The notes beneath the pieces are model-generated. The model worked only from the letters and a program-made list of their open reading frames with translations. It ran no database searches and was not told where the DNA came from. A DNA stretch of 64,000 bases from Mytilus edulis (Eukaryota), in contig NC_092348.1 in NCBI RefSeq assembly GCF_963676685.1, positions 84,010,001 through 84,074,000 on the forward strand. The letters are read 5' to 3'. How positions within the stretch are numbered: position 1 is the stretch's first letter; each line of letters opens with the position of its first letter. The translations under genes were made by a program, and so were the position numbers. Below, piece by piece: positions 15,001 through 30,000 of this stretch.

Positions 15001-18000
15001 TCTCCAATAAAAGCAACAGTAGTAAACCGTTGTCGAAATTCATAAGTTGATTGAGAAAAAAACAAATTCGGACTACAAACTAAAACTGAGGGAAACACAT
15101 CAAATATAAGAGGAAAACTACGACACAATGTCAGCAACACAAAATTAAACTTTAACACACACAGAAGCGAATTACAATTTAACAATGGCCATTTTCCGGA
15201 CTTGGAACAGGACATTTTAAGAAAAAAAATGGTAAGATGAACCCGGTTTTGTGGCTTGCCAAACCTCCCGCTTCTACGACAATGGTAAATATATCAGTCA
15301 AAGACAACATTACATGACAGGACTACAATACAAATAAATGATAGAACATATAGAACAGAGAAACACTCCAATTATAGCTTACAAAAGGTACCAGGTTTAA
15401 AAAACACTTATACGTCAGACGCGTCTTTCGTCAACACAAGGCTTACCAGTGACGCTCAGATGAAAAAAGTTTGAAAGCCAAGACAAGTTCATTGAGGAGC
15501 AAAAGTTCCAAAAAGTTGTGTCTACTACGGCTAGGGTTTCTGCCTGGAATAAGAACATCCTTGTTATTTCGAATAATTCATAATTTTGCAACCAGTGATG
15601 TTTTATAAAATGACTATATAATAGATATACATGATAAATTCGAAGTGGTGACTAACTACACAATAAAAACGGATACATAAAATTACCTAAACCAGCACAT
15701 AAAAATTCACAGCCGAGTTAGCAAAAACCATAAACGCACAAAGTGAAGTAATATATGAATTTCTTAAACAATATCCCCCAAATAGGATAGACAGAATTCA
15801 GGATTAGATTTGCAATACTGATATAACATTTATCAATAACGATGTAAATTACAATATTAATTAATATCAAATTGTGGTAGTAAACTATACCGATTTTTTG
15901 CCCAAATCCACGAATTTGGACACATATTTGAAATTAATTGGTTAGGTTTTATTCATAAATAGAAAACATGGTCATTTATTGTTATTTCAGAATTTTATCT
16001 AATAATCTTGGTTTATGCACACAAATGTGTTTTGTCATGAACAATCTGACCACATTAAGGCAACTTTCAAATACTCATAGTTTGGATATAATATTATGAT
16101 TTCACGTCCCCTCACGCATTCACGATGTCCTCAATCAGAACCGATCCCCTCACGCATGTCATAATGAAAATATGAGGTTTTCATATTTATTAAGATGTCG
16201 ATCAACACCGGACAGCGTACACGCCGCCCAAAACGACATTCATACCCATTGACCGAATAAAAAGTAAATTTAAACTTGAGAGTCTGTAATGAGTTCCATT
16301 TTAAAATTTAAATGTCACTTTTTTAGGCAAATTCTCGTGGGGCAACTGATTTTGTAGGAGTTCAACTCCATGTACAACAGTAAATGATACATGTATCTCT
16401 TCGTTAAAGTATTCACCACAGCATAGCATTCTCCGATTTTCAATATTTTAATCAGTCGAATAAGAAAATTGCGATTTAGAAATGTACATACCTTTTGAAG
16501 CGGTGGCAATTACTCCACTCAAGCACAACCGGAAAATCCTCTCACGGTTTTCATTGCAGAACCAAATGTTCTGCGTGTGTAGATTACCAGCCGTGAAATA
16601 GAGGTAGATATACTTCCTTTCGATCTATACCTTTTAATTTCCAATATTTTTTTGTTGATTTAAACTAATTCAGGCACCTGTTATCAACAGTCTACCAGTT
16701 TCTATAAATTTGTTGGAGGACGTGAACACGAATACATTATTACATACATTGAATGTGACGGATATGGAGGGAGACAATATTACATGTGTACTAACCTCAA
16801 ACAGCTCTATATTTGAAGTTACTTTAATTCCACCATCAAATATAGGTAGGATGTACTTTTATGTATTGTTTAATAATGATATTCTTAATACTTATTGACA
16901 ATTTGTTTAGATGCACCTTAACAATCAGCATGAATAATTCACCAGTTAAATCATTTCCAATACGTCAAACTGCATTTGCTTTTTTCAAAATTAAAAGCAC
17001 TTATATTCGTGATACATTGCAGAGGCGAAATCTAATCTAACAGAACTAGACGTTGACAAATATCACTTTAACGGATATTCATTTATTTGTAAACTTTATA
17101 ATTGCACAGACTATACATAACTAGAATGCTAATTTTGCTAGTCCAGTCGCTAGCTATATATAGTGTAAATACAGAGTTCTGAATGCAGTATGCTTGTTTT
17201 GGTAATGTGTAGGGTTGTAATGCCTTTCGATTCTATTTATGATAATAAACAAAGTATATTTTTGCTTTACTGTTAAGCACAATGCACAAGTTGTTGGTCT
17301 CCAGAAATTCCTTGTTTTAGCACTTTAACTTTGCAGTTTTAATTTGTCGATCTGTTAAAAGCAGGGGCAATAATCATGTCGTATTGATAAGATACCGTTA
17401 TAATTATCATCCATTTTATCTAACATTATATTAAAAAGTGTTTTTTTTTTATCATTTATATTCCCAATTCCTATAGTTTGATAATACACTATATTTTAAG
17501 ACTGTCCAAAATGAAGGAATAACGGAAAAGTATACTTTTATTTACACAATATTGTGAATGAGAATTATATGGTAGATATTCTATACAAGCTCTATACTTT
17601 CGATTACAATTTTGTAGCATATGGCATCTATCTAAAAGGTGGAACGAATCTTGATTATGACACGATCCCGTTATACATGATGGTTGTAGAGTGTAGCGAT
17701 GTAAGGCGTAATGGTACGGGAAATTTTACAGTACATTTAATTAAAAACATGGTATGTTTCTGTTAGCTGCATTGAATAAAGTATGAAAACAACATCATGC
17801 TTTTCAGAAGATATTTTACAAAGGCTATACACTTTAAATAAACAACGAATTTTATAAGATGAATACAGGTTGCTTTTTCTTTCCTCAAACTAATCATAGC
17901 TGTTTGCATAGTTATTTATTTGAAGAGATGATATATTTATTTGTAGAAATTTACATTACTACAGAACCTGCGTTTTTGAATTTTCTCAGTCTCAATATCT

Positions 18001-21000
18001 TTCTAATATAATGCATCAATTAGAGTTTTATTTTACCAAACAGAGGTAGGTATACTTACTTCCGATCTCTATTTTTTATTACCAATATTTAATGTCCATT
18101 TGATCTTATTTCAGGCACCAGTTATCAATAGCCTACCAGATTCTGTAAGTTTGTTGGAGGACGTGAACACAAATACATTATTACACACACTGAATGTGAC
18201 GGATATCGAGGTAGATAACATAACATGTATTCTGAGCCAAAACAGCTCATTATTTGAAGTGACTTTGATTCAACCAACAAACATAGGTAAGAGGATTTAC
18301 AACGTATATTATGATTTTTTTGTTTCATTTTTACATTGAATGACGCTGATTATGGTGACGTCTCTTCTTTTATTATTATAGATATAATGATAATTGTATG
18401 TAATCATCATTTTTTCTGCTAATGAATATTGAATGTAAAGAATTGTTTTAAATTAACAAAATTTGTCTCCCTCATGAATAGCTCTACTTCCTTGTCTTTT
18501 GATTGACCAGAGGGACTTTAAAATTCATAATTCAAAAATAAACTGACAACGCCATGAGTAAAAAAAACTAAAAAAAACCGAACAAACAATCAATAATACA
18601 CAGAAAACTACATAGAAAAATAAACGAGAACCACTTAAACTATGATTGATATCAAGTGCACTAGAAGGGTAAGCAGATCCTGCTCCACATGTGGCACCAA
18701 AGCTTTACATATATTCTTTGTCATTAGATCAGCTCTCAAATGTATGTATTAAGTTTGTCATTGTAAAACAGTTGCTTTCTTTATTTGTAGAGTATGGCAT
18801 TTATCTAACAGGAGGAACGCACCTTGATTATGATTCAACCCCTTCATATTCACTGACAGTACAATGCAGTGATTTCAGACGTCAAAGCACTGGAAATTTT
18901 ACACTTAATATAGTAAGAAATGAGGTAAGATAAAGTGTGAAGTAAATCACGTAAACTAAAATATTATGTTTAATGTGAAAAAAGTATACTGAAAGCAAAG
19001 ACAAACTGAAACATTACACAACGTTATGCGTATCTTAATTAACACACAATGTTATGTCTATGTAATCTAAAATTATCCAATTTGTAAGTAATACAATGAT
19101 GTTCATAAATATGTTTTTAAGATGTATAGATAATTACACAAATTAAAAGAAAACACGGAAAGAGATCATGTGAGTCTTAGAGTCATCTTCTCAGCACTTT
19201 GCATAAGGAAGTGGAACATTAGGTTTACCTCTGCATAAGATATAAAAAAAAAAAGACATGTAGCGAAGTCCAAAATTAAAGATCTGTATTAAACATATCC
19301 AAGTTAAATAAAATGTAACCAAATAAAAATACATATTTGCCTAATGAACTGTGAGAAATTGTAAATTTTCTAAGGCCCATGCAATGTAATAACTGTCTCT
19401 GGACAGAAGGGTAGGCCAATTCACGATGAAGCTTGCACAGCTTGAAATGAATGATTTCAGCTTTGCAATTTTGATCATTGACGAAAAATGCTATTTATAG
19501 TCTTCTATGTGACATTAAAGAATACACAATTTGTATTGATGGAAAAATGTGGTCATATTATATCCATGAAGTTGTATCTAAGTAAAATTATGCTTCGACA
19601 TTTCTTGACAAAATTTTCTAGTGTTATTCATAATGTTGAAAAAAGTGAAATCACAAAAATACTGAATTCAGAGGAAAATCTAATCAGAAGGTCCATAATC
19701 ACATGGCAAAATCAAATGACAAAACACACAAAAAACGAGTGGACGAGAACTGTCATACTCCTGACTTGGTACATGCATTTTCAAATTTAGAAAATGGTGG
19801 AATTACTCTTGTCTTAAAGCGCTAAACCTTTCACTTTGGTGACAGTCTCATCAAATCCCGTTATATTTACAATGGTGCGTGAACTAAACAGACATAATAA
19901 AAAAAAAATAGTCAAAATATGGGCACAGCAGTCATCATCGTGTAACAATTTTAAAAAACAATTTAACACAAAAACATCTATCTACAAACACATTCATTGA
20001 TTCGCGTGTCTGACGTCAGAAAATTGTATACGTCACATATATTTGTCGTTCAATGTATATAAAAACAATTTTAAAATTGCACATGGGCAATGTTTGCATA
20101 CAGGGTTAAAATCAAAAGGATGTAAGTATTAATTTCAGAAATAGATCGAGATTTATAATAGTCCAAAAGTTATGTAGAATTTATAAGGACCCAGAAATAG
20201 TTTATTCCACTACGCAATAATACTGAATAATTTTGACGTTTGTGGTTCAACGTATTTTCTAATTCATATTAGAAATATATCATAATGACATATAATAGAA
20301 CAATATCATACTGACGGGATCTTTTTAAAGTACAGAGTCACGTTAAAAGAACCAAAGAAACACAAAAAAGTCGCATATACAAAACACATCAGCAAAAAAT
20401 GAAAGACAATACAAACACATTGACGGGATGTATAAGTACCCAGCCATGCTAAATGGATATCACATAAAACAATCCAATAGTAAAAGTAATACTAATAACA
20501 GAACAAAGCCAAATGAGAGAACAATATAACACGTTGTTAAGATGATAAACAATATCAGTACGCAAAATCTATATCTCAAGACCATCACTTACTATTTGTG
20601 AAGTTGATACGGAATATTTATCAACACGGTCTTGGTACCTTCCGATGAACTTTTTTAGAGAATGGACGAGACGTTCTTTGACATACCCCTTTGAAAGGTT
20701 TCAGTTGCAGCAAAGATAAGAATACACGTCTCATTGATCGTTTAGACTGCGCGGAGAAAAATGGCACTTAGAAACAAACAAATATAATTATAAAAATATG
20801 AATAAAACGAATATAAAAAAAAATTGTCGTTAACAAGCAATTTGTTTTAATTTAACACAGTTGAATAAAAACTGTATTGCAGTTTCGTACTAATTATATC
20901 TATTCCATTGACCATTTGATTTAGGCACCAGTCATATACAGTTTGCCAGATTCTGCCCTTCTATTTGAGGACGTGAACACGAATACATTATTACACACAT

Positions 21001-24000
21001 TGAATGTGACGGATATGGAGGCAGACAATATTACATGTTTCCTGAACCCAAACAGTTCTATATTCGAAGTGTCATTGATTCCATCTACAAATATAGGTTA
21101 GATTTTCTTTGATAACTAAATATTTATCCCATGCGTCGGATATCAATGATATTTCGTAGGTTGTATGAAATCAAAACCCAGGCAATAAATAACTCCTGAT
21201 AGAATAGAATGAAGTTAACAACAAAAATCATTGTCAGAAAAACAAACGGTATCATAAGCAAATGCAAAACGACAAAAGACAAATGTCAAAAATATGAACC
21301 TACGCAAAAAATCATGAAGTGCAAGTAAATAAAAAAGGATAAACTAAGCTATTATACCTCATAGACCGAGGCACTTCTTGTAGATTAAGTATAAACAAAG
21401 TCAAAAATCTCAAGAAAGAATATCTTTTCCGTTAACATGCATGTGTAGCTTGAAATAAATGGTTTGCCAATATCAATAGAAATGACAAGATCTCCAAACA
21501 GAACTATTAAGAATTTAAGATTGAACCACACAAACAATGAAAAAATGCAAAACAAAATTTTAATATTTTGATAGTTTGATGTCTTAAAAACATATAAAGG
21601 ATGGTATTTGAAAGAATATTTTACTTTCTGATTTCAAATCCACTTCAAAATTGTATTGTCATTCATTTTTTTTTATATTTACAGAATATGGAATATATCT
21701 CATAGGTGGAACAGTTCTTAATTATGATATTACTCCCTCATATTTGCTGACTGCACAGTGTAGTGATTCAAGAAGAAACAACACTGCAAATTTCACCGTT
21801 TATTTAGTGAAAAACATGGTAAGTTCATGTTTGACCAGTGCATCACCGATGAAACATAACTTGTCGAAATGTGCATCTTATGATCTTGGATAGCGTTAAT
21901 GTTATAAATGAGATATTATATATTATCAAGTATTAGTGTTTTTCAGTTGATAAAGCATTGTTCTTTTGATAATCTGGTTAACACGAAAATGAAAAAAAAA
22001 TAATATATTGATAGTTGTTTTCTTACCATGATGGGTACCTATTTTATGCATATTCAGGAATCAAATAATTAGAAAATCAGGATCTGCAAAGTTGAGGTAG
22101 GGAATTCGAATTCCAATTCGGACCACCACTTAAAACTGAACAACATGAACCCAAATATGTTTCTGATCGACATACTGCATATGATTTAATATTTACTTTT
22201 TAATAGACTGTTGTTGCCGAACTGTTACAATAAAATTTTATTTGCCTTAACGCGACTGGTTTGACTGTGAACGATGAATGTTTATTTTATCTATTTCTTA
22301 GGCACCAGTCATTCACAATCTGCCAGATTCTATCAGTTTATCAGAGGACGTGAACACCAATACACTATTACATACATTGAATGTGACAGACACCGAGGGA
22401 GACAATATAACATGTGTGCTGAACTCAAACAGTTCATTGTTTTCTGTGTCCTTGATTCCACCTTTCAATACAGGTTAGGTTTAAAATCAGATATTCCAAT
22501 ACTGTTGTATGCACTTAAAAACACGAATATAGTGCACAGACATGCTAAGTATTTATTTTCTAGATTCAGTATAAAACTATTAATATAACAATGTGTTATG
22601 TTTAGTTCCCGACATGCTGTATATTTTTACTTTTTGAAATTGAAACACATTTAACAAGTTTAAGGAACATTTTGCGATTCATTTTCGTTGTCAATTATTA
22701 CACTGGAGTAATAACAAAACCCGAAATCATTTTAAACGCCGATTTATCATTTAGAGCAATCGATATTGTTGACTTCAAACCATGTGTGTCCATCGTACAT
22801 CGATATTTCGGAAATCAAATTGAGAAAGGCCAGTAGCCAAGTATATAAATTGGTCAGCAATTACATATACGTACACATTTCGAAATAAGAAACTCTAGGA
22901 CAATTATACCATTGGACCAGTTCCATTGTCCAAAGTTTTGTACTTGTGATATCTGTCTGTTTTAAGTCTGGAGCCTATAATTCATGATTGTAGTTTTTCC
23001 TCTATATATTATTTCTTTTTTATTTTTTTAAACATAAATATAGCTGTTACTTTTATTGTCATTTCTAGACTTTTATGCGGTATGAGTTTAACTCATTGTT
23101 GTATGCCATACGTTGACAAAATAGTTGTCTATGTCAGAAGTTAAGATCGGGAATTGCGTCATTAGCAAGCGTACGGCGTCTTCGTTTTCTTTTTTATACG
23201 TAAGTCTGAATTAAAGGATATAATCATGTATGATATATGAAATGAATTGAGTACATGCAATAGAAAAACATTGCAAATATCATTAATATAGCTCACATTC
23301 TAAAGTAGTGTACAAACTTTGTTGTTTATAGATTATGGAATCTACCTGACAGGATGGACAATACTAGATTACGATACAACCTCTCTCTACATATTGCCAG
23401 TTGAATGTAACGATCTTAGGCAAAAGGATACACAGAGTTTTACAGTGAATCTAATACGAAATACAGTAGGTGACATTTCTATATACATTAGGAACCTTTT
23501 ATATATTTAGAAATAACATTCAAAGTCGATATCAAAAAATGCTTTTGGTATAATTTCATTGTTGTTTTCTAAGATATGTCGCAAGATAATGACAATTTTC
23601 AAATATTTTCATTTATTTTTTCTAAATCACTTGTGAAAAGTATAGGTTTAGGTTATCCAACTGAGAATCACAACAAGTTATTTAATTTCAGCCACCAGTT
23701 TTCAATAGTTTACCTAGCAGTACAAACGTATCCGAGGAAACTGTTTCTAAAACTCTCTTGCACACATTGAATGTAACAGATGAACATGATAATGTGACAT
23801 GTGTTCTAAAAACACACACAGACAAGTTCACACTGGAAACAATTTTACCGTCTTTAGGTTGGTACTCTTATCTAAGATCTCTTATATAAATGAATATATA
23901 AAACACTTATGCATATATGGCAATTGTTAAAATACCGTTAAAATGTAAACACTGCCTGACAGTTATCCTGTATAAACTAACGAAAGCACACTCTACACAG

Positions 24001-27000
24001 AGAAATACATACATAAAAAATAATACATTAATACAACATGAAAAAGGGAAAAATATCAATTGACATCTCCCGTGACTTCACGACAGCAAACAAGGACACA
24101 ACAAATGAAATATCAATTGTGCGTTACTTCAATGGATCAACGTCTCAAAAAGTGACGTATTTCATGTGACATTTATATTATCACAGGGAAGTTAAAAAAA
24201 ATATATATTTGCTTTATTTATAGACAAGTAAACAAAGAATATTTAAAAGAGGAGATTGAGTTTGTAATTATTACTTTATGTAATATCTAACCATGACAAG
24301 AATATTGAAATAGAAATGTGTTTATTATGGTGTTGTACTTTCTTAACCAAGTTGTCTTTTGTTTTATCTGCCTGACCACTGGGTATAAAAAAAAATCAAA
24401 TATAGATAATCGACCGAATCGATCTTAGGTCTGCAGTTTCCCAAAACCTTTCATCTGTTACCGATACCAGGTTAGTTTATCAATTGTATCGTAATATCTC
24501 CCCGTTTTGAGGTACAGATATTTGTGTCTAAATCTACATTTTAGTAATCTGAGGATGTTTCCTTGTTTTGTTTTTGACTGCTAATAAGAATATGCCTATT
24601 GAACAAAATATCGGAAACTTATTTTTGCCTCTTAATCAAACTTTATATTGATATTGAACAAACCAACTTTTGAAATTTTGATTATATTACAGAGAAATTA
24701 GCTTGAAATATATTTGACAGTAGGTCTTCTAAATATATCATCATAATGAAAATTCCTACATTTTGAACAGATGTTAGTTTAAAAAAATGAAACATCTAAA
24801 GAGGGTTCTGGCCTGGTTCGAAAGTTTAACATGGATATGGCAAATATTTTAAAAATATAAGCACAAAATATACACCATTCCATATAAAGGAAACAACTTG
24901 GTAACTTATCATTTCTTTTCATTTTAGTTGATAGTGCCATATATCTTCGAGGAGGAATACTACTTAATTACGATATAACCCAAAGCTACTTAGTAGTTGT
25001 AGAATGTGGGGATAATCGTAGGAATGTAACTGATGTATTGACTGTTTACATAATCAATCCAAATGAGGTAATTTATCCATAGATAAAGTTTATAAAGTTA
25101 GCATTGATAAAATAAAATCAACGAAAGTTGCAACCTTGGTTCTGCATAATTGTTCTTTTCTTAAACTTTTCCATTAGAAATGTCAATGTTGTCCACTCAA
25201 AGCAAAAAATAGACCTAGCCAGACTTGGTGAAAAGTTATGAAATATTCTGTTTTCAAAATTCTTTAAATTCTTACTTGATTTTGAGTTCTAACTTTTTTG
25301 TTTCGAGTCTATTGATGAATCTTATGTAAAAGAAGTCTACGCCTGGCATACAAATTTAAAATCTGCGTTGCGTTGAAGTGTTTCTCAAGTCAAAATGCAT
25401 TGTCTACCAAATAGATAAATACAAAATCCAAACTTAAACGACAACATCATGACAAAACTAATATATGTCAAAAAAAGAAAGTGATTCTTTCACACACAGC
25501 TAGAAAACTCCGTTCTGAGCAATAGATTATCAACAAAAAACTTTCGTAATCTCAGGTACTACGAAAATGTTGGTCAATCTTGCTGTACACGTAATACTCG
25601 TGATAGTGTTCATTGTCGTTCATATTCATGGATAAGTCTCATTGGGTGATGTCTCAATAGACAAAAACAGGCCAGGATTGTAGCAAAGTCCTATTGAATC
25701 ATTGAAATCCCACTCTCAAAAAATCATTAGCCGCATCCTATAACAAGTCACGAAAGCAGAAAGGATGGCAGGTGTTTCCACAAATTGAAAATATCCGTGG
25801 TAATTAGTATTATGACACAGATATATTCGAAAATTCAAACTTTATAAAGGCGTCTATTAAACTTTCAAGGAGACAATTTCTAATTAAGATTGCAAACGTT
25901 TGCGTTTCATGTGAAAATGAAGGAGATCTTTATATTTTTCATAAATTTCTGACTTCAAGTTCAATTGCACTGTTATGAAGATACAATGATGCGATGTCAC
26001 TAACGTATTTAGTGAGAAGATATAATATATTTTTAAAATTCTTAGTTGATTAATAAAATTGAGAATGGAAATGAGGAATGTGTCATAGAGACAACAACCT
26101 TACCAAAGAGCAGACAACAGTAAAAATCCACCAATGAGTCATCAATGCAGCGGGAAACTCCAGCGCCCGGAGGCGTGCAACACCTGGTCCCTGAACAAAA
26201 ACGTATCATGGTTCAGTGATAATGGACGTCATACTAAAATCCTAAATATACACAAGAAACTAAAGTTAGAAATCATACAAGATTAACAAACACAACAATA
26301 CGTACAGTGAAACTCATTAGGAAAAATCCGAGTCCGATGTCAGAATAGGTAACAAAAGAAACTAAACAAAATGACAATTATACATAAATAACAAAGAAAT
26401 ACTAGCAGTTACTAACATGCCAGCTCCAGACCTAAACTGATAGAAAGATCATGTCTTCATCATAAGAATATCATGTTGCATCCACCTCGTTAGCGGTTTA
26501 ATATTATATCATCCAAGAACGTGACCCGTACCATGCAAACAACTTGTTTTAGAATAAATGTGCTTATTCTGACATTATAAATGAATCCATATTATTGCAA
26601 AAATATGAAATCTTTAATGAGATGACAACAGTATCGTAACTATATCCCTTCTTAATAAGTCTGTTTAAAGATTTTGTTAGCTTTATAGGTGAATTCCGAC
26701 GTTTTTGGGCTTTGTAAAGAATATGACCATCCAAAAATTGGATGTGAAATACCTGAACGTATAAGATGTCTGCATGTTGAAACCTTTTTATATTCTTTAT
26801 AAAAGACAACGTATCTAATGAAAAAATACGGGTAAGATTTTTTCTCATAGGATGAATAACATATTCACGCAATCATCATGATATTTGAAACTACGATATG
26901 CATATTTAATGACACCTTTTTGAAATCACAATCAAATGATTTTAATTCAGATGCTTTAATATGCCGTTTCTTTTTTAGGGACCAGTCATACATAATCTGC

Positions 27001-30000
27001 CAGATTCTGTGAGTTTTCTAGAGGACGTGAACAACAATATCCTATTACACACCTTGAATGTAACAGATGCTGAGGGAGACAATATAACATGTGCTCTTAA
27101 TCCAAACAGTTTATTATTTGATATACAAGTAATTCCAGCGAACTATAACGGTATGCAATTCTAAATACAAAAAGTACAGTGTTAGTGATATATGGTTGTT
27201 TAAGCGTTTTCAGAATAGTATTGCTCTTTGGTTGTTTCTATTCTCAATTTTACTTCATTAACCATGTATCAATAGAATGCTAGCAGACCTAGATATGTGT
27301 TTTTTTCAAAGTATTGTAAAAATTTTAAACAACACTTTGGATTTAACCATACTATAAATTAGTCAAATAAATTACCGATTATATTTGTACTATTTTTTGT
27401 AGTCTTCCGATATCCCAGAATATACATTATGAATAATAGAACATTTTTACCTGTAAACATAAAGCAGACATAGTTTACTATAGTTTGATAAGAGACTTTC
27501 CGATTTGAATTTTCCCTAAGAAATGTGTGAGTTTGATTTTATTGTTATTTTACTTTTTTATAGAAATTATAATAAAAGATTGTTTGTTTTTATTTGTTTG
27601 ATAGATTATGGAATATACATGAAAGGAGGTACAACTCTAGATTATGATACCACACCTTCCTATACATTAACAGTACAATGCAGTGATCTAAGACGAAATG
27701 ATACTGGAGTTTTTACGATTAACCTTATACGGAATTCGGTATAGACAATTTATTAGTGTACATGATCATGTTGTATATTATTTTCACCAACAACTTATTT
27801 AACAGTAACACTGTTTTTTAAAAAGGACTTCCGCCAACATTCTTATGAATTTTGACTCCTTCAATTATTTCACCAAGTAACGTTTTGTGCGTTTTCATAT
27901 GGCTGTAGAAACATTTTGTTAAACTAAAGATTTGACCAAAATTACAAATATGACACACTTTTTTTATAATCTTTTTAAAAAGACTAAGTATTCAAATGAA
28001 AAAAAAAATGAAAAAAACACGGATAAGATGGGTCCTTATAAGAATGAATAACATAATCGTATTTGGCACAACTTTTTGAAATTTTGGATCCTCAATGCTC
28101 TTTAACTTTGTACTTGTTTGGCTTTTTAACTATTTTGATATGAGCGTCACTTGTGTAGACGAAACGCGCGTCTGGCGAACTAAATTATAATCCTGGTACC
28201 TTTGACAATTTTTTATTGTCATGCTAGAATCTTGATATTTGAAAAAGCGATATGCATTTTCATTAAGACTTCTTTTGATATCAGAAACAAGTAATCTTAT
28301 ATGCTTTAATATGATGTTTGGTTTTTAGGCACCAGTCATTCATAATCTGCCAGATTCTGTGAGTTTTCTAGAGGACATGAACAACAATATCCTACTACAC
28401 AACTTGAATGTAACAGATGCTGAGGGAGACAATATAACATGTGCTCTTAATCCAAACAGTTTATTATTTGATATACAAGTAATTCCACTCACTTATTACG
28501 GTATGCTTTTCTGTAAACCTACAGTGTTATGGATAAATAATTGTGAAAGAGTTTCAAACAAGTACTGTTTTTGGTTGTTTCTATTCTCAATTTAACTTAA
28601 TTTACCATGTATCAATAGAATGCTAGCAGACATAGTTTCGTATTTTTGTTTAAGTATTGAACAGTGCAGTTTTAACTACAACACTCCACTACACATAAGT
28701 GAAATGAATTTCCAGTTATATTTGTTTAAATCTTTTGTATTCTACCAATACAGTATTAATATACATTGTGAATAATGAACCGTTTTGAACTCTACCAATA
28801 CAGTATTAATATACATTGTGAATAATGAACCGTTTTGAACTCGAAACAAAAAAAAAAGAAATATTTTATAGTTGGAAGTGTTTGATTTTTGAATTTTACC
28901 ATTCTGATTTGAATTATCTTTTGACATGTTCGAGTTGTTATTTTACCGAAATTTTTGTGCCCCTTTTAATACACGATTGTTTATTTTTGTTCGATTGATA
29001 GACTATGGAATATACCTGAAAGGGGGAACAACTCTAGATTATGATACTACACCGTCCTATCTATTGACAGTACAATGTAGTGATCTGAGACGAAATGATA
29101 TTGGAGTTTTTACGATTAACCTTATTCGGAATACGGTAATGTACAATTTGATTATAGTGTATATAATTTTCACGAAAAGCTTACATTATTTTACTGTAAA
29201 ATTGTTTTCTCGCATGTGCTGTGGAAATATTCTTATGACTTTTGGATCAATCATTTACTACAACATGATATATTTTAAAAGTAAAATCACAAAAATACTG
29301 AACTCAGAGGAAAATCAATTCGTAAAGTCCATAATCACATGGCAAAATCAAATAACAAAACGCAACAAAAACGAATGGACAAGAACTGTCATATTCCTGA
29401 CTTGGTACAGGCATTTTCAAATGTAGAATGTGTTTCTCTATCCATGATGTAGTTCTTAACTAAAGGCTGGAGAAATATTCTGTTAAATTCAAGGCTTTTT
29501 TCCTAATTCAAACTTTGCCACGCCTATTTCTTGATTCTTCTTATAAGAATAAATCTAATAGTGAATATTGAGATCTTAATAGGATGTTTTATCATATGTT
29601 TTATAAAGAAGCGCTTAGCTTGCTAGAATTGAAAAATAAGTAGGATCCAGTTTGAGAGAAAATATACACTGAATATGTTTTATGCTAATTTTATTTGTTT
29701 TCTGCTTAAACAGGTACAGGCAAGCTACTTGATCCCTATTTCCATTTTCATTTTGTCCTTAATCATCAAGAGAAGCTATTTCTGAATTTAGACAGAAGTA
29801 TATATTGTAAATAAATTTCAAATCGTTTTTTGTAGCCCCCAGTTTTCAACAGTTTACCTACGAACACAAATATATCAGAAGAGGTCATAACAAAAACATT
29901 TCTGCATTTATTAAACATCACAGATGTAGATGTTAACGACACAATATCATGTGTACTTACCGCGCATACTGACACATTTTCATTGGAAAAGTTACCTCCA

